A DNA stretch of 64,000 nt from Paraspadella gotoi (lineage: Eukaryota; Animalia; Chaetognatha): positions 28,619,280 to 28,683,279 of the forward strand of contig CM119263.1 of the NCBI GenBank assembly GCA_051294375.1, given 5' to 3'. A program made the position numbers and the translations under genes. Shown here piece after piece: positions 54,757 through 64,000 of this stretch. How positions within the stretch are numbered: position 1 is the stretch's first letter; each line of letters opens with the position of its first letter. Below the pieces are notes generated by a model. It was not told the DNA's origin. It saw only the letters and a list, made by a program, of their open reading frames with translations, and ran no database searches.

Positions 54757-57094
54757 AGAGAGAGAGAGAGAGAGAGAGAATAAAATCGCCGTTAAACAGG
54801 GTGAATTGAAATCAATAGGAGATGTGCTTAAGTTCCATTCTTTTTGTTTTTTTTTTTTTGTTGTTGATCTATGTACAGGGTTAGACAGCGTCGATAGAGA
54901 AGAGATGAGAAGAGCAGACGAAAAAAAAATGAAAAAATGAGACACAAATGAAGAATCGAGGAAATCTCGCGACGGAAGTGTCTCGTTCGTAACAAAAGAG
55001 CATCGAGGACGAACCGTCGCGCTCCTGACGGGGGATTAAATTATGAAGAGAATTGTGACCATAAAAAAAAATGAGGGCGGGGGGCCACGATTTTTTATAG
55101 TTTTTCGACTCAATCGAAAAGTTAATTAAGAAAAGAAAATGTATGTGCAGTTTTCAATATGAAATCGGAATTATAATTATGAAAAAAATCGCGATGGTCT
55201 TTTGTTTTCTTTCGCGTCGAACATAAGTGCAACGAATCTAAAAGAGGGCAGTTCCGTCTTTTTAGGTTTTTTTTTCTATGAGTTGATTATCTGGTACAGT
55301 GCGATTAAAAAAAAAAGGAAAAATGAAATGTATGAAATATGAATTCCCCCATAAGAGCAAGTATATCATTCGTACAAATTGAAGAAAAAGTTCAAAGCTT
55401 TTTAATAATTTATCTTTTATGGTTTTTTCTCTTTGCTTTAGTCTGCATCGCCGTTCGACTCGATAGAGTTAAAAATTCGTGGTTTAAATAAATATGTCGT
55501 TTATGTTTATTATTTATATTGTTTAAAGACGTCACGTGGTCTGAATTTAGGTCTGAGGAACTTCTGCATATTTTTTTTTCTCCTTTTTGCTACAATTTTG
55601 TTAGAGAGAAATTTGAGCAAAAAAGATTCCTTCACTCTTTTTTTTTTCTTTTCTTTTTTTTTTTTAATTGTCTTGCGCGATTGATATGTAACAATCGATT
55701 CTCTATAAACTAATTTTAAATTAATTTACACCGTAGGTGTTACATAGTTTTGTCGAATTGTTGACAAATCCCGACTAATTTATTTTCTTTTTTCACGTAA
55801 TCGGCCTTAAATTTGTTTTGTTTATAAACAAAAACAAAACAAAACGAGTTATAAGTTGTTTTTTTGTTTTTTTTTTCATGCGTCATTCTCGGATCCTGAA
55901 ATTTTCGTTGTGAGGACCCAGGTCTGAGTAACTTCTGCGAGTTGTTTGCTTTAAGCTTCAAATATTAATTTATATTACATATAAATTAATTCTTCTGCGC
56001 GATTATTTATATCCATTTTGTTTTGTTCTTGTTTTGTTCAGTTTCGTATATATATCCTCTTTACGATTAAACTTCATATTAAAAAAAAGAGAAAAAAATG
56101 AGATTTGCTTTTTTTCATGACGGCAAAGGCTTATCAGCGAAATCAATTAAACCTTTGTCATGATTATGCAAAGGAAATGTATTATTGACACGATTGATGT
56201 CACGTGACACGATTTATGTCACACGACAGGATTGATGTCATGAATGTCGTGATGTCACGATCTCATGATTGCGAAGATCATAGACACTGACGGTTTTCTG
56301 CTTAACAGAATTCTACGCATGCCGCTGCGCCGCAACTTAACGGATCAAGGTTAAAAATGATTAGTTAACGATTTTAGTTCTAGTTTAAAATGAAATAATA
56401 TTAACTAATTTTTACTAGCGTTTTTTTTTCTTTTGAGTAAAGGTGAGCGGGAAAAAAAATAATAGCGGCGTCGCGAAACCCACGAAAAATAAAACCTCTT
56501 TTCTTTTTCGAGTAAAAGAGAAAGATTAAACAAAAAAAACCGGAAGTGGGCGTGGAGTCGTCTAATTATCGCGAGTCGATGGTGGCGACGCCGCAAAGGG
56601 GAAAAAAAAACAAATGAACGCGTCATACATCGCTCCTGGAGGGATTATTTGTTTTTTTTATTAGTAAAGCGCGACTCGTCCTCTTAAGCAATCGCTTCAT
56701 TTTGCGTGACAAAAGTTCTGTCAACCGATCGCACGTATATATAAATCTCGAGCGATCCTTGATTCTTTCCGCGTGAAAAGTAAATATACTTGGTTGTTCA
56801 GTTCTGCGTTCGCTTCCGAGATGTACGTCTCCGAAACGATCGCTTCTCAGACGTACGCTTCCGAGGCGTTCGCTTCCAGGGACTTATTTTTTTTTTAAGA
56901 AATCACGCATGTGTATATATATCTTTTTTTTCGGAGAACCAGAGGCTTTAACTCCAGTGACCAGTTAGCTTTTCCTTATTCCTCTTCTTCCGTTTCTGGG
57001 GAAGCGGAAGCTTCCGCTCCTGGCAACTGTCGCTCCTCCGACGCGTCGCTCCAGAAGAAGCGGAAGCACTCGCTCCTTTAAACCCGTAATCTTC

Positions 57095-57284
57095 TCAGAT
57101 GTCGCTCCTGGGAAGCGGTCCTCTCAAGCGGGGAAAGACGTCGCGAAGAGGCTCGTGGGAATGAGATTCCGTCAGCGACTGCTCAAGACGCTCATATCCT
57201 GGACGAGGGAAACGAGGAATTAAGAAAAATGATTTAAACTTTATCTTTTATTCATTCATTAAATTATTCATTGAGTTGTTAATT

Positions 57285-57324
<40 letters not shown>

Positions 57325-57637
57325 TGAATGATTGAATGATTGATTGATTGATTGATGGATTGATTGATTGGTTGATTTATTGATTGAATGAATTCATTTA
57401 TTGATTTAAATATTTATTAATTCATCTTTTTCACATTTATATTCCTATTCAGAATGAATGTTTGATGTAATAGGAAATATATAGCGTTTGATAGGTTGAT
57501 AGAGTGATTAGAGGCAATACAAAATGATTGATTGATTGCAATCCTGATTGGCCGCCTTACCAGTTCCGCCCCGATCGTCGGCGGTGGCGTCGTCACCTTC
57601 CGCGTCCAACGTCAACGGATCTTCTTCGAGATCAGTT

Positions 57638-57668
<31 letters not shown>

Positions 57669-58174
57669 TATCGTCGTCCTCTTTTCGGACGTCTTTGTCG
57701 TCGTCGTCGTCGACTTCGTCGTCGAAATCGACGTCTTTCTCCAGCATCTCCATCAGATCTCGATCTTCTCCAGCGGCCAAATCCTCCTGAGTGGAAATGA
57801 AGAGAGGAAAATTGGAGAATGATTAATGAAGGAAAAATAAAAAATGAAGCGATAAAAATGAAACGAAAAAACGAAAAAAAAAGATAAAAATAAAATAAAC
57901 CTAACACAAATTTATTAAAAAAAATGTAAGAAATTGAAAACAATTTATAAAAAATAAAAGAGAAATAGGAAGAAAATTGATCATAAAAATAAAAAATAAA
58001 TAAAAGTTTGTCGGGCAACGATCACAACGTCGGCTTCTACCTTGTCGGCTTCGGAAGGCGACTGACCGACCGGATTGGCGCAGATCGAAGAAGAAGGAGA
58101 AGCAGACGATGGAATATTCGCCGTCTCCGCGTAAGGTGGAGGCGGGGATCTGGAGGTAAGGGTGAGGTAAGGTG

Positions 58175-58229
<55 letters not shown>

Positions 58230-58884
58230 TCTCGTCGTCTCTCTCGCTCGTCGTCGTCGTTATCATCGTCAACATAGAGTAGAAAGTCAGGGATCGGCTC
58301 GTCCTCTAACTTACCTCGAAGGCGGTGAGTTGGAAAAAGGTGAGTCGAGAGCGGGACCCGGGATGATGGCGACGGAACCCGAGCAGTTCGTCGAGTCCAG
58401 CTGCTGCTGCTGAAAGGTGAGGGTTTGGTGAGGTAAGGAAATTGCGTGAGTGAGTTTGTATCGAGAAAATCGGTTATTTTGGGAATAAAAAAAATAAGTT
58501 TTTTTCCTTTAACTCTTATTTTTTCTTTCTTCCTCTTTCTGTCCTTCCTCCTCTTCCTCCTCCTCTTCCTCCTCCTCATCCTCCCATTCCATTCAAAATC
58601 GGCGCCATTGATATTTTCCTTCCTCAATGGTTTGTTGTTATTATTCCTCTTGAGTACAATTTTCCAGAATTTTTCCTTTTTTTTTCAACCTCCTCTTCCT
58701 TTATCCTCTCTCCTCCTTTCTATCCTCCTAGCCTATCCTATCCTCCTATCCTTTCTATTCTCTTTCTCTTCCTTTATCCTCTCTCCTCCTACCTTCCTTT
58801 TTCCTTCTCATTTGTATATTCGTTCTACTTTTTTTTCTCTTTTTTTCTATTTTTTTTTTTCTTATCTGCTCATTTTTTTTATCT

Positions 58885-58936
<52 letters not shown>

Positions 58937-60705
58937 TTCTCGCTCTATCTTTCTCTCTCTATCTCTTCAGGCTTATCTGATCAATTTTTCGCTCTTTGTT
59001 TCCCTTTTAACCCACTTTTTCTTTCCTTTTTATTCCTTTCCTTTTTATGCGTTCTCTCCTTATTTCTTTCCTTTTTTTTCCTCTTCTGTTCTTTTTTCCA
59101 TTTCCTTTCCTCTTCCTCCCTTTTTTATTTCCTTTGCCTCTTCCTGCGTCTCTCTCAGTTAACTGTTTTTATTCCCCAATACATTTCCTCCCTCAACGAT
59201 CTGCTTCTTTGTTCCATTGAACTCCCTTTCTTATGGTTATTTCCCCGTTATATCCTCTTTTCGGTTTTAGTACCGCATCTTTCTCTGCCTCCGCCCCCCT
59301 CAGCTCCCCCCCCTCGCTTCCTTCCCGCTGTTGGGCCAAAAAAAAATATGGAGAGAGATTCTTAATCTACCCAACTCAGAAAAAACCCTCCGCTTTTCAG
59401 AATAAGATGTCAAAGAAAGGATTGCACCTACTTCACAGGTTATCCAAAAACAAAACGCCGGTACCAAGCTAATCGCCCCAAAAAAATACTACAATTCAAA
59501 AACTTTCATGGTATCAAATTATTTCTAAAAGTAAAACCTGTTTAATAAAAACTCAATAATCTCTTGTGAAGTATTTAATTATCAAATTATATTCGTTTTT
59601 AAATTTTAGATTTTAATGTAACAGTTTTATTTTTTTGTCAAAAAAAGGATACCAATTTTAATCCCTAGCCAAGTATTTTTTTCTGTTAATTTTAAAAACT
59701 TCACTTGGGCTTTTTTTTTACGAGCTCATAAAAAAGAAACGACGTAGTTATATTCCCGAGTTATGACGCCTTAAATTTGGTCGGAAAATTTTTCTCGTTA
59801 AGATAATTTTTTGAAGAAAAAAAAATGAAAAAGGGGGGAAAATTTTAAACGACGCATCGTGCCGACAGTTCATAGACAGACAAACGGACAGAAATGAATA
59901 GTCAGAAAGACAAATTGATATGAGAGACAGATAGAAGAGGTAATATACATGCATAAAACCCGTAAGTTATGGTCGAAAAGTTGACATTATGAGGCCACGA
60001 GGCAATCGGATTGTCAGATTGTAGATTCAAATCGAGAAAGTCGATGGTCTGTTGGTGAAATCGTTTTACCCGCAAATCTCATAGAATATCATAAGTATGG
60101 TTATAAGATATATAATATAATAATAGAATAGAAAATAGGGTTAAATTTAATAAATAGTGTTGCGTTCAAGAAGTCTCCGCCCGATTTTTTTTTACCCGGA
60201 ATCGCCGACGGAAATTTTTTAAATCGAAATCAGAAGAATGAATCAGTGTTTCATTGTTGTTTTTATATTTAAGTAAAAGTTAAACAAGCGGCCTTCTCAA
60301 GAATTTTAGATTAATATATCGTTGACTGAGTTAAATTTTTTTTCTCGAAATTATCAAAGGGCCTTTTAAAAACTGTAATTCTAAGAACGGAAGTCGATAT
60401 TGATTGGGGTTTTTGTCCTCCTTTTCCAAAAATTAAAAAAGAAGAAATGGAACTAACCCTTCGCTCGCTCCCTTAGTCCCCCTACACATCTCTTTCCATC
60501 TCTCCCCGCCCCCATCCCACAAAACCACCCACCCTCCACCACCCACTTCATCTCAATCTCTCTCTGCGCTTTCGTCTCCCTATTCCCTTTTATTTTACAA
60601 GCGCGGCTCGAGAAAAAAGCAAAAGAGCCAAAATAAACAGAATTAAAAAATAAACGAGGACAGACCAAAAAAAATTAAACAAAAGAACATTAAGCGTCCT
60701 AAGCA

Positions 60706-60770
<65 letters not shown>

Positions 60771-61202
60771 GGCAACCCCCTGGCCTCTCTCCCTACCCCC
60801 TTCTCCTCTCCCCTCTCTCTCCTCTCTCACCATTCCGTGACTACCGACTGGCTTCTCATTTCACCGGCCCGGTTGATGCCAAACTTCGGGCTTGGTCCGT
60901 TCCGCCCCTCCTTTCTCTCCTTCTGAGATGGCGCGATGACCGCCGGAAGTCGCCGATTGCAGCAGCTGCTGCATCTGTTGCATCTGCTGGAGAACGGCGG
61001 CGGAGTTGGTGGGGGAAGACATTCCGGATGTTTGCAGATGCTGGAGGAAGAATATTGATGGTATCAATCAATAAATCAATCTATCAATCACTTCAGGAAC
61101 CAATTAACTAATCAATCCCGGCTTTATTGTTTTCTTGCTATGAAGTATAGATATTTTCCTTAACGAAACCTCTACTAATCTCTCTTTCTTACCTTCTTTC
61201 AG

Positions 61203-61274
<72 letters not shown>

Positions 61275-61469
61275 TTTTCTTTCTTTCTTTCCTTTCTTTC
61301 TTTTCTTTCGATCTTACTGTTCTTACATCTTTCCCCCTCTCTCCCCCCCTTTCTCCCTCCCCTTTCCTCCCTCTCTCTCACCCTCGCCTCGCCGCCGTAA
61401 TTGTGTCGCAAGATGGCGAGAATGGACGAGATGTCGCTGCTCATCTGCAGCTCGAGCCGCACGAGTTGT
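57095..61469 (-). CDS. ERG/KCNH-family voltage-gated K+ channel, C-terminal exons (gene continues beyond window end)
   Basis: Exon 61469-61382 encodes RQLVRLELQMSSDISSILAILRHNY, resembling the ERG C-terminal coiled coil (KCNH2 [24 protein letters not shown], recalled). Then 61040-60831 (contains in-frame TGA), 58409-58315, 58149-58041 (SPPPPY), 57786-57561 (acidic), 57198-57095 (stop). Phases are consistent. No pore or CNBD exon lies in the window. Confidence 0.68.
57285..57395. repeat. (TGAT)n microsatellite
   Basis: Tandem TGAT/TGAA units in the last KCNH intron. Confidence 0.85.
61195..61310. repeat. (TTTC)n microsatellite
   Basis: Tetranucleotide array in a KCNH intron. Confidence 0.9.
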
Positions 61470-63679
61470 CTGAAACAAAAGAACATCCCCGGGATCAAAA
61501 AACAAAAGAGATTCGAACAATAAAACAAAGTAAAAAAAAAAAAGATCAAAAAGATTAATGTTGTTAAAAGCTCTCGACTCGAAGGGGAGGGGGTTTGAAG
61601 CCTTTTTTCCCTAAAACGCCCCATTTCATCTTAAATTCGTTAAATAAGTTAAAAATTAAGTTTGAGGTTAAGGATAGGGATCAGGTTAGGGATTAAGTGA
61701 GTGATTAAGGTTTGTTATTTTGTGATTAGGGTTAAAGATTAGGTTATAAGTTTATTATATATTTAGGTTACATATCATTTAAAGAAAAACTTATGGATAG
61801 AGATTTATTAAGGTTATTAAGATTATTAGCTTATTTATTAAGGCTAAAATTAAATTCTGCTGTAAACCAACAGAAATGGGGGAGCCTCGGAAAAGAGAGC
61901 CGAAAGTGCGTCTCCTTAGAAAAAAAGCTTAGCGAATAGATTAACGATTTTAAAACTTAAATATTCGCGTCGACGACGACGACGACGACGACGACTAAAA
62001 CTTTTCTTTTTATTCTTTTTTTCTCTCTTTTCGATTTTTCGACGGAGCCGGAGATTTTCCGGATCTCGTCCGCCAATTTCCGGCTCTCAGACGGTCCAGT
62101 CCGAATCTTTCGTCACCGGGTTTGAGCGATCGCTTCCGTGTCCCAGCGTTCGCATCCGGTTGTCATTTAATTTAATCCAAAAGTGGAAAAATGATAGGGT
62201 TAGAAACTGATGACACAAAAAGATGATGTTAAACGATGATAATTTGTGAAGAAGTTATAAATAAGTAAAAGAGATTATGAATCATTGCAGGTTGAGTGTG
62301 GTGATGCACTTTCTCTCTCTCCTTCTCTCTCTCCTCTCTCTCTCTCTCTCTCTTCTTCTCTCTCTCTCTCTCTTCTCTCTCTCTCTTACATCTCTGCTCT
62401 CTCTCTTTTTCGAACCCATCGCGCAGAATCTTCCCTTTCATTTCCAGGATTAAGGTCTCGCGGTCTGATTTGTGGCATTTCGTCTTGGCCCGCTGCCCTT
62501 TTGTCCGTCGACGACCAAGGGCAGGAAGAACAGCGACATCTGCAGCATCGACAGAGAATCGCGTGGCGGCGACGAGTTCAACAAAAGACTAACGAATCAG
62601 AAAAACTTGAAGAAGCTGAACTCGGATCAAAACAGATTGAACAGTCGTTCTTAGAAACGAATCAGCCGAAACTCGAGCCGCTACCGGAGCCGAAACTCCA
62701 GCCGCTACCCCAGCCAGACCCGCGCCTCCAGCACCAACAACAACTACAACAACAACAACAGCGTGAACAACAACGACGAGCCGGGGCTCCCCGGAGTCTT
62801 CCGACTCTAAATGAAATTAAGGAGGTGATTCGTTGTCCATTGAGACAGAAACTGTGGATCCAAGCAAATTGTCAGATGAAGGGAAGCCACTTTCAGGACT
62901 CTGCCCGACCGGAAGAAGAGAAAAATCTCTGTTGAGGCGCTGAGAGTTGGAAAGAATGGGGAGAGGGGGAGGGAGGGAAGGAGGGAGAGAGGGAGGGATG
63001 GAGAGGGTTGGGTGAGGAAGGAAGGGGATGGGAGGGGTGAAGGGAAGGAGAGGTGGGAGGAGCGGGAAGAGAGGGAGGGAGGGAAAGGCAGGAAGAAGGA
63101 GGCAAGAGGGAGAAGGAGGGGAAGGGTTTAGGGAAGATAGAGAAAGGGAGATGAGGAGGAACGAAGGGTTGGGAGAGGGAGAGAGGAAAGGAAGGAAGAA
63201 GAAGAAGAAGACGAAGAAGAAAAGAAAGGAAGTTTGTGAGAAAAAAAAAGATTAAATTTAGTTGATAGAAAAGAGAGGGAGAGAGATAGGAGAAAAGAAA
63301 AGAAGGAAGAGGAAGGGAGAGAAGGAAGGGAGAGGAAAAGACGAGGAAAGAAACCAAATAAAAATCATTGAAAAAAGTTAATAAAAGAAACGGATTATCG
63401 TTTTTTTTTCTCATTTCCTTTCTGTGTAACGTCTGGAAAAGGGGAAAAGGGTGACCGTGGGAGGAGCGAGAGAGAACAGGGTAGAATAAGAAATATGGAG
63501 GGCGGGAGTGAGAGGGAGAGAAAGAAAGGCTGAGCAATAAAGAATGAGAAGGTGAGGGAAAAGTAAGGAAAGTGAACGGGAATCGCTTTGCGACGTTTAG
63601 AAGTTGATTACTTCCGACGCTGAGCTACATTTCCAAGTCGTTGTGAAAGACGACGACGACGAATACGAGGAAAGGTGTG

Positions 63680-63745
<66 letters not shown>

Positions 63746-63765
63746 CTGATGATGATGACGACGAG
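63680..63765. repeat. (GAT)n microsatellite
   Basis: More than 20 GAT units; a (GAC)n run follows at about 63878-63920. Confidence 0.9.
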
Positions 63766-63873
63766 TTTGACGTCTATAATAATGATGACCTACCCAAAAA
63801 AGTGTAAATTAAAATAAAACAATAAAAATACTTTTCATTTTATTGGATTTAAAAGTTGACTATTATGACGACG

Positions 63874-63920
<47 letters not shown>

Positions 63921-64000
63921 CCAAGGCAATCGAAGATGATGGTCTGGTTGTATTCTGCAATGGGCGGGCAAACGACAACGACTACGACGACGATGACGAT

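Noticed and set aside
61660-61750. Telomere-like TTAGGG/TTAGG tract (also CCTAA-like at 22270-22325)
   Set aside because: Short, degenerate and intronic; not a true telomeric array.

Overview
Eukaryotic (metazoan invertebrate-like) draft-genome window with AT-rich introns, GC-rich short exons, abundant (CT/GA)n and (GAC/GAT)n microsatellites, many N gaps and some indel-rich, probably uncorrected, sequence. Manual exon reconstruction, checked by splice phase, supports six spliced protein-coding genes: (1) a rhodopsin-like peptide-receptor GPCR (-, runs off the left edge); (2) a METTL21/VCPKMT-like lysine methyltransferase (-, 4140-8405); (3) an SLC22-family transporter (+, 10794-25777); (4) a complete 7-exon signal-peptide/GPI-type Xaa-Pro aminopeptidase (XPNPEP2-like, -, 19693-24033) nested antisense inside the last SLC22 intron; (5) a single-pass LDL-receptor class A repeat protein (+, about 39817-52728); (6) the 3' end of an ERG/KCNH-like K+ channel (-, 57095-61469). 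Two tRNA-derived SINE-like elements, a TA-flanked MITE family (one copy carrying a nested 255-bp hairpin-rich insertion) and other dispersed repeats are present. The most interesting signals are the nested gene and an unusual splicing grammar: G/GA-rich intron starts, C/CT-rich intron ends, frequent AAG acceptors, and one GC and one apparent GA donor. There is also an in-frame TGA in a symmetric KCNH exon and an ATC where the LDLa gene's start ATG is expected. Most ORFs in the supplied track are microsatellite or gap artefacts. Single-base oddities must be weighed against evident assembly errors.
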